Shown one piece after another: positions 29,680-39,600 of a stretch of DNA of 64,000 bases. Source of the stretch: Escherichia phage vB_Eco_F25; sequence record OP870144.1; one strand, given 5' to 3'. The notes under the pieces are model-generated. The model did not search any database and was not told where the DNA came from. It saw only the letters and a list, made by a program, of their open reading frames with translations. The translations under genes were made by a program, and so were the position numbers. How positions within the stretch are numbered: position 1 is the stretch's first letter; every line of letters begins with the position of its first letter.

Positions 29680-30366
29680 TTAAAAATCGTGAGTAGAATC
29701 AGCTTCAAGAGCTACTACATAATTCGCATGTTCACCTTCAAATTTAGCAGCACCTTGTTTACCTTTTGCCCAGAGCAGAAGTTTATAATTTCCTGGTTGC
29801 ATTTTCATATTTGCCATATTGATAATGAAATTAAATGTATTTTCACCATCATAATCACCAAGAGTCAAAGAATATTTAACACGGGTCAAAGCAGAATCTT
29901 CTACTTTATTAAAACCGTTAATTACGATTTTACCTTCTTTTACTGTGATAGCAATTGTATCAATCTGCAGACCGCGAGATACACGCAACAGCTGTTGAAG
30001 GTCTTCAGCTTTAATTTCAGTAACAACAGATGCTACTGGGAATGGAATTGGTTTATTAGGAGCAACTACTGTACTCGGATCGGCTGCTGGCCAAAAAATT
30101 GTTGAACGGGCATCAGCAATTTTAATATTACCATCTTCTGACTGGGAAATTTCTGCATCATCATTAACGAGAGACAGAATACCGAGAAAACCGTTCAAAT
30201 CGTAAATTGCTACATCAAAATCAATAGTGTCAGAAATATTTGCTTCCGCATAAGTTGTACCATTAACCGCGCGAGTCATAATAAATTGACCGGATTTAAG
30301 CATAATACCAGAGTTAATAGTAGCGAAATTTTTAAGCAGAGCAGTAGTATCTTTAGACAGTTTCAT
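29680..30366 (-). CDS. 45: Sliding clamp
   Basis: 228 aa, same as T4 gp45. Confidence 0.9.
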   Translation of the reverse strand: MKLSKDTTALLKNFATINSGIMLKSGQFIMTRAVNGTTYAEANISDTIDFDVAIYDLNGFLGILSLVNDDAEISQSEDGNIKIADARSTIFWPAADPSTVVAPNKPIPFPVASVVTEIKAEDLQQLLRVSRGLQIDTIAITVKEGKIVINGFNKVEDSALTRVKYSLTLGDYDGENTFNFIINMANMKMQPGNYKLLLWAKGKQGAAKFEGEHANYVVALEADSTHDF

Positions 30367-30421
30367 GTAATTTCCTTCAATTCAAATGAGATTTAATTTT
30401 ATAACTAATTTAATAAAGCAA

Positions 30422-30811
30422 TTAACGATTAAAATCAGCAGCAATTGTTTCCGCAACAATTTGAGCAGCAACAATTAGACGTTCATCTGCATTACCGCAA
30501 TAATCATCTTCAAGGCGTTCACCACATGAAGTCATAATAAATTTAGCACCAGCATTTAGAGATTCTGTCGTATGTTTGCGCATTAGTTCAATCCATTTAT
30601 CACTCACTTCACGATCGATAGCTTCATAATACGCATGACGAGCAGGTGCAGATTTAATTTTGTTCTGAATAACTTCCATTGCGTTATTAGAAAGAGACAA
30701 AACCCATGCTCGACGAATTTTATTTTGGTTTTGCGGATTTGATTCAGAACGCACGTGTTTTGGCTGAATATCTTTTACATCAACAGTATAATTCACAGTA
30801 ATTTTAGTCAT
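30422..30811 (-). CDS. rpbA: RNA polymerase-binding protein RpbA
   Basis: 129 aa, same as T4 RpbA; order 45-rpbA-45.2-46. Confidence 0.8.
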   Translation of the reverse strand: MTKITVNYTVDVKDIQPKHVRSESNPQNQNKIRRAWVLSLSNNAMEVIQNKIKSAPARHAYYEAIDREVSDKWIELMRKHTTESLNAGAKFIMTSCGERLEDDYCGNADERLIVAAQIVAETIAADFNR

Positions 30812-30820
30812 AATACACCT

Positions 30821-31009
30821 TTAGTCATAATAATCAGTAACAGTCCAAGCTTCATTTCTGTTGGACATTATTTTCGTATATTCTGCTTTAAATGCATTCT
30901 TAAGCATAGATTCAGTAACTATATGCTCTTCATTAGAAAAATTATTTCTCAGAATATATCGTTTTATTTCAGGAATAGTTAATAGATGCTGTCCAGTTGA
31001 ATATTCCAT
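30821..31009 (-). CDS. 45.2: 45.2-like small protein
   Basis: 62 aa, same as T4 45.2. Confidence 0.5.
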   Translation of the reverse strand: MEYSTGQHLLTIPEIKRYILRNNFSNEEHIVTESMLKNAFKAEYTKIMSNRNEAWTVTDYYD

Positions 31010-31064
31010 GTTTTTCCTCCATAGAGATTATACTCTAATAAATTAAAGCATAATCTCTTATAAA

Positions 31065-32747
31065 TTAAACCATTACAGTAAATCGACCAACTTTCTTCAT
31101 TTGAAGATGCTGACCATATGCTTGTGGGTCATGGTCTCTATGTGAAATAACAAAAACATTAGTATTTTTTAAACTATCTAAAATAGTTGAAATAGCTTTT
31201 ACGCCTTCAACATCAGTTGCTGAATCAAAAACTTCATCAAGAATTAGTGTGTTTATTTTAACACCTGAAACTTTTTCAGCAATATCACGCCAAGTAAATA
31301 AAAGAGCAATATCAATTCGTGCTTTTTCACCTTGGCTAAATGAAGCATAACTAAAATCTTCACGACCACGGGATTTAATTGTCTCATTAAATTCTTCATC
31401 TAATGTAAACACATAATCCGCTTCCATTATTTTAAGATAATGGTTAATCTGCTTATTAAATAATGGAATGTACTTTTTAATAATAGCACCTTTAATACCA
31501 GAATCTTTGAGCATATCAGTCAAAATTCCTCTATGGTATTTTTCCATTACTAAATTAGTTTTTGTCTTAACAATTTTATCAAGTTCTTCTTGAAGCAGTG
31601 CTATTTCATCAGCGTGGTCAATAAACTCGGATGATGCTTTTTCTATAGCCGCTTTAACTTTTTTAGCTTTATCTACCGTCGTGATTAGAGATTGCTTTTT
31701 ATTGCGAATATCATTTGCCAACGTCTGCTGGGTTTTAATATTATCTCGGTATTCATCAACAAGAACTTTTAAATTATCACGGTGTGTTGAAAGCTGTTCA
31801 AACGAATGCGTGCATTCAGAAACTTTATCTTTAATTTTAGAAACAACTTTATCACCGGAACTTAATTGTGACAAACAGGTTGGACATAATCCACCTTCGT
31901 GATACATATTAATGACTTTATTATACGAGTCAATTTTTGATTTAATCAAAACTGCTTCTTGACCGATTTTATTAAATGCATCAGTCGGGTCTTCATCTAA
32001 AACAATATTAACTAATCTTTCATTAGCTTCTTCTATTTCCGATTTTAGCGTTCTAGCTTCCTTTGCCAAATCGTCATACATATTCTGTAGACGAGTAAGG
32101 TTGTCACCAGACAATTTTTTCTGTCGTTCAACATTATCGTTATATATTTTAATTTGTTGGATAATACTATCTTTTTTAACATCAAGCACTTGGTTTTGTG
32201 AATTTAATTCACGTATTAGTGCTTTATTAAGCTTATCCATTTCAGCTAATGTTCCTACCTCGAGCAGGTCTTCGACGAGTTTTCTTCTTGCAGGAGTGGA
32301 TAGGCCCATGAAAGGGGTATATCCAGCCGTGCCGAGTACGACGATCTGTTTGAAACTGGCGTATGACATTCCGATAAGCTGTTCAAATTCTGCTTGGAAA
32401 TCTTTACTGCTGGCAGATTCATTAAGACGTGTACCGTTAACGGTGATTTCGAAAACATTTGGTTTTTGTCCTCTTTTGATATAGTACTTTTTCTCATCAT
32501 ATTCCATCCACAGTTCAACTAAAAGCTCTTTCTTATTTGTGCTGTTTATTAATTGGCCTTTCTTTACATCACGAAATGGCTTGCCAAAAAGCCCAAATGT
32601 GATGGCTTCTAACATAGTAGACTTACCACCACCATTTCGTCCAGTAATAAGAGTTTTTTGAACCTTATCTAATTGAATGTCAATAGGATTTCCACCTACT
32701 GACATTATATTTTGATATCTAACTCGGTTTAGTTTAAAATTCTTCAC
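31065..32747 (-). CDS. 46: Recombination nuclease subunit (Rad50/SbcC-like)
   Basis: 560 aa; GGKSTMLEA Walker A; coiled-coil middle with CPTC zinc hook; C-terminal LILDEVFDSA. Confidence 0.92.
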   Translation of the reverse strand: MKNFKLNRVRYQNIMSVGGNPIDIQLDKVQKTLITGRNGGGKSTMLEAITFGLFGKPFRDVKKGQLINSTNKKELLVELWMEYDEKKYYIKRGQKPNVFEITVNGTRLNESASSKDFQAEFEQLIGMSYASFKQIVVLGTAGYTPFMGLSTPARRKLVEDLLEVGTLAEMDKLNKALIRELNSQNQVLDVKKDSIIQQIKIYNDNVERQKKLSGDNLTRLQNMYDDLAKEARTLKSEIEEANERLVNIVLDEDPTDAFNKIGQEAVLIKSKIDSYNKVINMYHEGGLCPTCLSQLSSGDKVVSKIKDKVSECTHSFEQLSTHRDNLKVLVDEYRDNIKTQQTLANDIRNKKQSLITTVDKAKKVKAAIEKASSEFIDHADEIALLQEELDKIVKTKTNLVMEKYHRGILTDMLKDSGIKGAIIKKYIPLFNKQINHYLKIMEADYVFTLDEEFNETIKSRGREDFSYASFSQGEKARIDIALLFTWRDIAEKVSGVKINTLILDEVFDSATDVEGVKAISTILDSLKNTNVFVISHRDHDPQAYGQHLQMKKVGRFTVMV

Positions 32748-33007
32748 AAAAGATTCCTTTTAATGTATCTTTTAGACCATTCTATCATATCATCATAATC
32801 TAAAAAGTATTCATCAAATTCAGCCATGCAAACAACACCTTGTGCTGCTTTTGATGTGATATAAATTATTCCAACATATCTAGAATCTTCTTCGGTGTAA
32901 TCAATATTTGCTATGAATTCATCGTTAATGTCAAATGTCGAAAACTTCACAGTATGCATCCTTAATACAAGATACAGCCATATCTTGTAATGATTTAGGT
33001 GTGTCAT
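32744..33007 (-). CDS. Hypothetical protein (46.1 position)
   Basis: 87-aa ORF. Confidence 0.4.
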   Translation of the reverse strand: MTHLNHYKIWLYLVLRMHTVKFSTFDINDEFIANIDYTEEDSRYVGIIYITSKAAQGVVCMAEFDEYFLDYDDMIEWSKRYIKRNLL

Positions 33008-33194
33008 TATCTAAAATGTTGAAGTTAAAAGATACAGCCCAGTCAGTGCAGACCGTGACCTTTTTAATACAATTATCTTCAACCTCTAACAGTTCAAACC
33101 AATATTCAATAATTTCTTTATGCCCAATATCATCTTTTACTTCACATTCAAAATGCTGACTCATCATAACATTTTTAAATTCATCAAAAGTCAT
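32931..33194 (-). CDS. Hypothetical protein (46.2 position)
   Basis: 87-aa ORF. Confidence 0.4.
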   Translation of the reverse strand: MTFDEFKNVMMSQHFECEVKDDIGHKEIIEYWFELLEVEDNCIKKVTVCTDWAVSFNFNILDNDTPKSLQDMAVSCIKDAYCEVFDI

Positions 33195-34210
33195 TGTGTT
33201 GCCTCTACATATAACTGATTTGCATATTGAATAAGTGCTTCACGGTCAGAATCAGTGATGTCTGGAATTGCATTAATGTATTCTTCCATCAATGTCTGAA
33301 GAGATTGAACTTCAACTTCTTCGCTATCATCTGACTCAACAGAGTTATCAATCTTTGACACAACTCGTAATGAATGCACAACTTTTTCTAGTTCAGATTC
33401 GAACTTCGTTAGATTTTTGTCTACCTCAGTTACTATAACACGTACTGACAGATTTGTAAAATCTTTATAGTCAATTTTTCCCTTAAATGGATATTGAATT
33501 CGACGATGCCAGGTAGTGTTGTTTGGAATAAATTCCATTCGTTCTGTTTCTGTATCAAACATCCAGAACCCGCGAGGGTCATTCTCGTCACCTGCAGTTA
33601 GTGTCCATGGTGTCCCAATATATTTGACGTTAGCAGCCTCAGAGATAGTATGGAAGTGACCAGACCACACTTCTTTATAAGTCTTAAGGAAATCAGGTTC
33701 AAGACCGTGAGATTTCATTCCTTTATAAAAATAAAATCCATTCAGTTCCCAGTGACCAACACAAAAGGAAGCAGATGAAGTTTTAATATGTTCAAGAATT
33801 TCACCGGTATTTTCTTCACACATCCAAGGAATTAAATCAATCAAACATCCGTCAAAATCTACTGTAGTAGGCTTATCATATACTTTAACATTAGGATATT
33901 TAGCCAAAAGCTCAGTAGAAGCATTTGGAGTTAAAGTATTTTTAAAGTGCATATCATGGTTTCCTACAACAGTATGTAGGGTAATACCAGCATCATCAAG
34001 CATTTGAACTATTTCACGTGCGAACTCCATAGTTTTATGCGTGATTGCTTTTCGCACATCAAAAATATCACCGTATTGAATCCATGTAGTAATTCCATTT
34101 TTCTTAGAATATTCTATCGCCTGCTTAATTCCATCCAGCTGGATTGATTGAACCCACTCATCATCGGCTTTAACGCCTAAATGCCAATCACCTAAATTTA
34201 AAATTTTCAT
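33191..34210 (-). CDS. 47: Recombination nuclease subunit (Mre11/SbcD-like)
   Basis: 339 aa; MKILNLGDWHLG phosphoesterase motif. Confidence 0.92.
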   Translation of the reverse strand: MKILNLGDWHLGVKADDEWVQSIQLDGIKQAIEYSKKNGITTWIQYGDIFDVRKAITHKTMEFAREIVQMLDDAGITLHTVVGNHDMHFKNTLTPNASTELLAKYPNVKVYDKPTTVDFDGCLIDLIPWMCEENTGEILEHIKTSSASFCVGHWELNGFYFYKGMKSHGLEPDFLKTYKEVWSGHFHTISEAANVKYIGTPWTLTAGDENDPRGFWMFDTETERMEFIPNNTTWHRRIQYPFKGKIDYKDFTNLSVRVIVTEVDKNLTKFESELEKVVHSLRVVSKIDNSVESDDSEEVEVQSLQTLMEEYINAIPDITDSDREALIQYANQLYVEATQ

Positions 34211-34370
34211 ATATCAAGAACCGTCATTGAAATGCAAAATAAAATTATTGAAATAAATCCATCTGGAGTGCTAAAGAACCCAATCCAACATGCTCTAGTG
34301 AATAGATAAAATGCGAGAAAAAGTATCACATATCCAAGAAATATCATTATATCAAACTCCGTATAAAGCT

Positions 34371-34388
34371 AAAGGGCCGAAGCCCTTT
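34371..34388 (-). terminator. UUCG-tetraloop hairpin overlapping the alpha-gt stop codon
   Basis: AAAGGGC-UUCG-GCCCUUU; identical to the hairpin at 29661-29678. Confidence 0.5.
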
Positions 34389-35589
34389 ATTTTGTAATAA
34401 TGTCAAACTGCTCTTTAAAGCAGAAGCTTGAATCTTGATGCTGATACAAAAATTCATAAGCTTTTTCGCGTTCACGGTCATAAAGAGCTCGGTCAGATGA
34501 CAGTTCTTTAATACGTTCAAATGTTGATTCCATGTCATTTTCATCAAACCAAACGATACCGCTATCGTGCGAAATTAATGGAGTATTATCAACACGGAAT
34601 TTTAAATTTTCGCCAGTAGATTTCCAAAATACTGGAATTGTTCCACATGCACCAAGCTCGAGATGAGTATATTCTAAAGAACGCTGTAGATATTTTTTAT
34701 CTAATTTACTCAGCTGATAACCAAATCCGGATTTACTCATGCGTTCAAGCATTTCGCTATTTACATAACGGTCGAGAATTTGCGTCGGCAAATTAGGAGC
34801 AATTTTAATTTGGTCTACTTGATGAAGACGATAATACTCGTATGGAATTCCTTTTTCTTTAATAGGAATGAACGCTGGAGAACGTTCCAGACCTTCCATA
34901 ATAGTACTTAGTCCTGCAGGTTTAAGATGTTTTTCGTGAAAATCAAACATCTGATAAAAGCCTTTCCATGTAGTAGTACGACCAATCCAACGGTTGATAT
35001 TCATGTTAATTTCAGAAACATCTTTCCAGTAAGTTGATCGAACCTTCGCAATATCCATAGGAGGCTGAAAGTTATATACAGTCGGTGCTTCTTCAATATC
35101 ATCAAACAGTGAAACAGTTTCTGGATACCATTCTTTCATTAAAACTTTATTAAAATCGCCATTATCAGAATGGCTAAAAATAACATCAGCTCGACGAACA
35201 GTTTCTTCTAATCCCAAATTTCGACGCAAAGAAAGAGAAGAATGGTCATGCTGATAAACTACAACACGAACCGAAGGTTTAATGTTATCAATAATTTTTT
35301 TATAGTTATTAATCGTGTCTTCTTCAACTGAAGTAGCAGGAACTGAATTGATAACTAGAATATCACAATCATTTACCAACTTAAGTGTTTTATCGTATTC
35401 TTTTGCCAATAAAACCGGAATTGAAAATGATTTATAATCATGCGCGCAATTACGAGTAAATGATTTATCTTTAGCATAAACCAAAGTTACTTCATGACCA
35501 TTTTTAATAAACCAATCACGCTGCTCAAGAGAAAATTTAGTTACACCGCAACCTTCAAGACCTCGAGCCATAAAAATGCATACTTTCAT
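34387..35589 (-). CDS. a-gt: DNA alpha-glucosyltransferase
   Basis: 400 aa, same as T4 alpha-gt; position after gene 47. Confidence 0.88.
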   Translation of the reverse strand: MKVCIFMARGLEGCGVTKFSLEQRDWFIKNGHEVTLVYAKDKSFTRNCAHDYKSFSIPVLLAKEYDKTLKLVNDCDILVINSVPATSVEEDTINNYKKIIDNIKPSVRVVVYQHDHSSLSLRRNLGLEETVRRADVIFSHSDNGDFNKVLMKEWYPETVSLFDDIEEAPTVYNFQPPMDIAKVRSTYWKDVSEINMNINRWIGRTTTWKGFYQMFDFHEKHLKPAGLSTIMEGLERSPAFIPIKEKGIPYEYYRLHQVDQIKIAPNLPTQILDRYVNSEMLERMSKSGFGYQLSKLDKKYLQRSLEYTHLELGACGTIPVFWKSTGENLKFRVDNTPLISHDSGIVWFDENDMESTFERIKELSSDRALYDREREKAYEFLYQHQDSSFCFKEQFDIITK

Positions 35590-35655
35590 TTAATATCCTC
35601 ATTGTTTTGGTTTATTTTACCAAAAATTTATAAAGCAATATAGGAGCCGAGGCTC

Positions 35656-35829
35656 CTATCCGCATAATACGCCATACAGAGGCTCATTAGAGCTTCTAAA
35701 TTTTATGCGCTTATATGTTATAGTTCCTTCTGCTTTAGCTTTATCATGAGACTCTTTAAAGTGTCTCATCATTTCTACTTTAGAGGAACGAATTTTATTA
35801 TAATCTATTTCAGAAGTCTGGGTGTTCAT
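35656..35829 (-). CDS. Hypothetical small protein (57 aa)
   Basis: Hand-found ORF; ATG 3 nt after the upstream TGA; below ORF-track cut-off. Confidence 0.35.
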   Translation of the reverse strand: MNTQTSEIDYNKIRSSKVEMMRHFKESHDKAKAEGTITYKRIKFRSSNEPLYGVLCG

Positions 35830-35832
35830 CTT

Positions 35833-36036
35833 TCACAGTTGCCACCATTTTTTGACTTGATAAGAATCAACCCACACTTTCATATTAGGGTCTGCTCTTA
35901 CAATAGGAGGATTAACTTCTTTAATTGAACTATCATGGTATTCTTTTTCAGAAATTTTCACACAAAGATGACCGTTCAAAGATTCAGTAAATCCTGCATT
36001 AATTTTAAGACGCTTGAATTTTACGTGTGTAAGCAT
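35833..36036 (-). CDS. Hypothetical protein
   Basis: ATG at 36034-36036 (track start is TTG). Confidence 0.4.
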   Translation of the reverse strand: MLTHVKFKRLKINAGFTESLNGHLCVKISEKEYHDSSIKEVNPPIVRADPNMKVWVDSYQVKKWWQL

Positions 36037-36322
36037 CAATCATATCCTCAATCTGCGATCTAGTAGTCTTCCAAAGAATACTAATGAGTTCATCATTATA
36101 TGGCTGTTTTAGAATATCCCGACTTTTCTTGATAGCATATTCGTATTGAGCAAAATTATTGTTTTCAGCTGCAATTTGAGCGTGTTTATAAAGACGGTTC
36201 AGTTCGCGTTTGTTTTTAGACAATAACTTATTTGCTTTTCTTTCTGCTTCAAGACGGTTCTTTTCTTCAATAGAAGAAATAAGCTTTTCCACTTCATCAT
36301 TAATTTCGGGTTTATCAGTCAT
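36005..36322 (-). CDS. Hypothetical protein
   Basis: 105-aa ORF. Confidence 0.45.
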   Translation of the reverse strand: MTDKPEINDEVEKLISSIEEKNRLEAERKANKLLSKNKRELNRLYKHAQIAAENNNFAQYEYAIKKSRDILKQPYNDELISILWKTTRSQIEDMIDAYTRKIQAS

Positions 36323-36323
36323 A

Positions 36324-36542
36324 TTATTTCTCTAATATAAAATAAAAATCATCATCTGTTAAATGATACCGATAGTTTAATTCTACACCATTAGATTTAA
36401 AAGCGGTATCATACGGATTTTCTGGATCAATATCAATGTCAAGAGCTAAAACTTCCCTGAGATACATTTTAAGTAAATAGGGAATAGCTTCAACTTCAGG
36501 TATTTCTTCCAAGAATCCGGAGAGGTTAATCGTTAGCCTCAT
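36324..36542 (-). CDS. Hypothetical protein
   Basis: 72-aa ORF. Confidence 0.4.
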
Positions 36543-37083
36543 ATAAAAAATCCAAACTAGGAGAATCGTCTACAACACTTTTCTTTTCAGCCCCCGGTGT
36601 TCTATAGGTTGATTCTTCGTAATGCGTCATTTTATCGTAGATGTCTTGAATAAAAGTTTCATCTACTAACGCAACCATATCGTCGTCACGACTGTCATAG
36701 ACATTGTGAACGAAGTAACTATATTTCTTTGCAACTTCCTTACGTTCTTTTTTAATACGTTGGACGAATGCATTAAAACAAGCTTGAGTTATATATGCAT
36801 GTGGGTTTTTATATTTCGTTTCATCAAAATTATGAAGTCCCTTAATAGAAGCTTCTATACCATCTGCAATCATTTCTTGTTTCCAAGACTGGGTGTATCC
36901 TGAAAAGTTGAAACGTTTAGATAAGCCTTCTGCAATAAGCATAATGGCTAATCCGATAGTATCATTCTGACGAACTACTTTATTTGGGTCTTTATTATTT
37001 GCTAATTCTGTTTTCCAATCAATAATAGCTTGTAAAAGCTCTTTATTGTTTACGTAATTATATTTAGGCTTAGTTTCTGACAT
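36526..37083 (-). CDS. 55: Late-transcription sigma factor gp55
   Basis: ATG at 37081-37083; [33 protein letters not shown] matches T4 gp55; about 185 aa. Confidence 0.92.
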
Positions 37084-37161
37084 TTTCACCTCTTAGCTCA
37101 ATTCATAGATCTATTATATCATAATATTTGAAGATCTATCTTAAAGCATAGAGGATATCAG

Positions 37162-37431
37162 TTATCTAAGTAAGCAGTATGCTTGGAATACTTTCTCCAT
37201 CATCTTTTTAAATTCATGAATATCTATATAATGACTAGTTAAATCAGCATGATATAAAAAGTCTAAAAACTTTTCATGTGTGCTAACATATTCGCTTTCA
37301 TTTAATTCAGAAACATGGCTTTCCCAATATCCAACACCAGTCTTATTTGGGAAAAATGAAATTTTCATATATTGGTCAACATAGAAAATTCCATAATTTT
37401 CAATAGTAATAGAAATATTAATAAATTTCAT
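37162..37431 (-). CDS. Hypothetical protein
   Basis: 89-aa ORF. Confidence 0.45.
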   Translation of the reverse strand: MKFINISITIENYGIFYVDQYMKISFFPNKTGVGYWESHVSELNESEYVSTHEKFLDFLYHADLTSHYIDIHEFKKMMEKVFQAYCLLR

Positions 37432-37643
37432 GCATTCATCAACTTAGCCGCTTCAAGAGCTGCATCTAGTGAATCAAATTGATCGACATATTCAATCAAT
37501 TCGCCGTAATTAGCATATAACCACCATTGGCTAAATTCATACTCAAGGATAAATCCATTTCCTTCAATTTGAGTTAAACCAATGCCATTTGTATTTACTT
37601 CATATCCGGCAAGACGCAAATCATTGATAAGAGATTCATTCAT
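37428..37643 (-). CDS. Hypothetical protein
   Basis: 71-aa ORF. Confidence 0.45.
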   Translation of the reverse strand: MNESLINDLRLAGYEVNTNGIGLTQIEGNGFILEYEFSQWWLYANYGELIEYVDQFDSLDAALEAAKLMNA

Positions 37644-37645
37644 AA

Positions 37646-37972
37646 TTATACCTTAGTAATTTTCAGATCAGCAAATTTTTTCTTGCGTTGATTTTTCATA
37701 CGACGAATAGTTTTATCAGAAATTTCATGCTTTTGATAAGCTTTAGATTCTACACCAAAAGCTTTAACATCAAATTCTGACAAGATATATTGAACCAACA
37801 ATTCACGAATAGTATTTCGTCCAATTTTCTGATCATTCTGTTTCATCATCTGATGAAGCTCTTTTTCCCATTTATCCAAAATTTGAGGAGTTACAATATC
37901 GCCTTTTTCTAGCAGAGAAACTACTTTATCATATGCATAAGAATTGATGGCGTTTTTAATTTGAATAGTCAT
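37646..37972 (-). CDS. Hypothetical protein
   Basis: 108-aa ORF. Confidence 0.5.
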   Translation of the reverse strand: MTIQIKNAINSYAYDKVVSLLEKGDIVTPQILDKWEKELHQMMKQNDQKIGRNTIRELLVQYILSEFDVKAFGVESKAYQKHEISDKTIRRMKNQRKKKFADLKITKV

Positions 37973-38005
37973 ACATTATCCTCAATTGCGTTAAAATTTT
38001 ATTAT

Positions 38006-38027
38006 CCAAAAAAGGGCCGAAGCCCTT
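38006..38027 (-). terminator. Rho-independent terminator (UUCG tetraloop + U-run)
   Basis: Minus-strand AAGGGC-UUCG-GCCCUU followed by UUUUUU. Confidence 0.6.
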
Positions 38028-38226
38028 AGCTAAACTGTTTGGCGCCCTTCCAGCCTTCGTACATCATTGCGGCTGATATTAATATTGCTCCTGCGCATTT
38101 TGAATATTTGTGATTCCAAAACCAGTTCAGAAAAACTTCGTCATCAATACCTTGGGCTATCATATTTTCAAAGAACTGACGACGAGCTTCGGCAATTCGT
38201 TGCGATAATTTAGATTCAGGATTCAT
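38026..38226 (-). CDS. Hypothetical protein
   Basis: 66-aa ORF. Confidence 0.45.
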   Translation of the reverse strand: MNPESKLSQRIAEARRQFFENMIAQGIDDEVFLNWFWNHKYSKCAGAILISAAMMYEGWKGAKQFS

Positions 38227-38442
38227 TTAAATTTTCCAGTTACCATTTTCATCAATGAATTTAATCCAGTCATTTACTGACCACTTGGTCGTATCGCCTT
38301 TTGGAGCAACATTTAAAGTGTATAATCCTTGTTTAAAAAGCATTCGTTTGATATTCATATTTTCCTCAGCTGTAACGATAGCACTCGTTTGATTTGCGCT
38401 TAGCAACTCGTTGAGAAGTATTGTAATCAAAATCATCGTCAA
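38227..38442 (-). CDS. Hypothetical protein
   Basis: 71-aa ORF. Confidence 0.4.
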   Translation of the reverse strand: MTMILITILLNELLSANQTSAIVTAEENMNIKRMLFKQGLYTLNVAPKGDTTKWSVNDWIKFIDENGNWKI

Positions 38443-38659
38443 TGTAAACTGATTTTTTCAACTTTCTTACTTCACTACGTAATTGACGATTTAGCTCATC
38501 TTTAACTTCTGAATCAATGCCTTTCATTCTACGCCATTTATCAGAGCGAAAAATGTTTTCAACCATATCTTTATGACTTACACCATCAGGAGCTTTACGC
38601 TTTCCGAAATAGTCATAATCACGCACTTTTAAATCTTTACGACGATACGTTTTACCCAT
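38366..38659 (-). CDS. Hypothetical basic protein (start uncertain)
   Basis: ORF with internal ATG at 38657-38659 (MGKTYRRKDLKVRDYDYFGKRK...); track start is GTG at 38704. Confidence 0.4.
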   Translation of the reverse strand: MGKTYRRKDLKVRDYDYFGKRKAPDGVSHKDMVENIFRSDKWRRMKGIDSEVKDELNRQLRSEVRKLKKSVYIDDDFDYNTSQRVAKRKSNECYRYS

Positions 38660-38834
38660 GGAGTTTAATTTCCTTAGCAACTGAACTAAATACAGCACGA
38701 TCACAAATCATCTGTTTATGTAACTTAAGTATAAGATAATAAACTTCAAAACCGTTTACATAAGTAACACGAACAACATTACCATTAATAAAATAATATT
38801 GTCCCTTTTTAATTTCTTTATCAACCACAACCAT
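38652..38834 (-). CDS. Hypothetical protein
   Basis: 60-aa ORF downstream of an early promoter. Confidence 0.4.
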   Translation of the reverse strand: MVVVDKEIKKGQYYFINGNVVRVTYVNGFEVYYLILKLHKQMICDRAVFSSVAKEIKLHG

Positions 38835-38864
38835 ATCAAATCCTCAAAGGCAATTCATATGTTA

Positions 38865-38894
38865 ATAATACCACAGTTTGAACTTCTTGTAAAC
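38865..38894 (-). promoter_or_regulatory. T4-type early promoter (-10 TATTAT)
   Basis: GTTTAC(38894-38889), 18-nt spacer, TATTAT(38870-38865). Confidence 0.5.
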
Positions 38895-38974
38895 AACTTT
38901 GTGAAAATTATTTTAGGGAATGATAAGAAGTGAATGATAGTTAGAATGGTAATATACAGAATGTGAGAAAGAAA

Positions 38975-38987
38975 GGCCCAAAGGGCC
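38975..38987 (-). terminator. GC-rich hairpin downstream of nrdH-like gene
   Basis: ggccc aaa gggcc inverted repeat followed by a T-rich stretch on the minus strand. Confidence 0.4.
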
Positions 38988-38991
38988 CGTC

Positions 38992-39315
38992 TTAGTCTTC
39001 TATGATATCTCTATCATATCCAAGTGAAATGAGAGTTTCTTTGAAGTGTTTAATGTTCTTTTGTCTAGAATCATTAATGAAAATGACTGGATAACGAATG
39101 TTAAGAGATGTGAATCCAGCGCGTTTAGCAAGAGATACAATCAGTGGACGATCATACTCAATCTTGCCATTATTTGTAAGAACTTTATAGAAAGTAAAAG
39201 GAGCATTGAGCTCCTTTAGAAGTTTTGTAACTGATTGACATCCAGGACAACGACCTACTTCTTCGGGGATGCCATAGATTTCAATCTTATTCTTTAAGTT
39301 CGAGTTTTGTTCCAC
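38992..39315 (-). CDS. nrdH: NrdH-like glutaredoxin (start codon uncertain, possibly GTG at 39313-39315)
   Basis: CPGCQ redox motif in ...KIEIYGIPEEVGRCPGCQSVTKLLKEL...; no in-frame ATG near the domain start; AAGGA lies 10 nt upstream of the GTG. Confidence 0.55.
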   Translation of the reverse strand: MEQNSNLKNKIEIYGIPEEVGRCPGCQSVTKLLKELNAPFTFYKVLTNNGKIEYDRPLIVSLAKRAGFTSLNIRYPVIFINDSRQKNIKHFKETLISLGYDRDIIED

Positions 39316-39598
39316 GAGAAATAATTCCTTGATAAGCCCAGTATGGCGGGTTAACAGAATCATCGCCAGAATTTTCTTCAGGAAAATAAACCTGGATAAC
39401 GAAGCCGGATTCATCAAAGGTGAAATAAGTAGTAGGCAGTTCACCTAACAAATCGGCACGAGCGTTGATTTCTTCGAGGTCTTGTTCACGTCCAGCCCAG
39501 AAGCTTGGGTTCAGACTACATTCATAGAAATAATAGTCATTACCGAACATATCAAAACCATTCCAACTCTCTACTACATACCGCTCAAAACTAATCAT
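39287..39598 (-). CDS. Hypothetical protein
   Basis: 103-aa ORF. Confidence 0.45.
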   Translation of the reverse strand: MISFERYVVESWNGFDMFGNDYYFYECSLNPSFWAGREQDLEEINARADLLGELPTTYFTFDESGFVIQVYFPEENSGDDSVNPPYWAYQGIISRGTKLELKE

Positions 39599-39600
39599 AA

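Noticed and set aside
34213-34345. 33-aa hydrophobic ORF between gene 47 and alpha-gt (possible 47.1 equivalent)
   Set aside because: Too short and unsupported to call confidently.
34347-34547. 66-aa minus-strand ORF overlapping the 3' end of alpha-gt
   Set aside because: It lies wholly inside the alpha-gt coding region in another frame and overlaps the terminator hairpin; alpha-gt is the supported gene.
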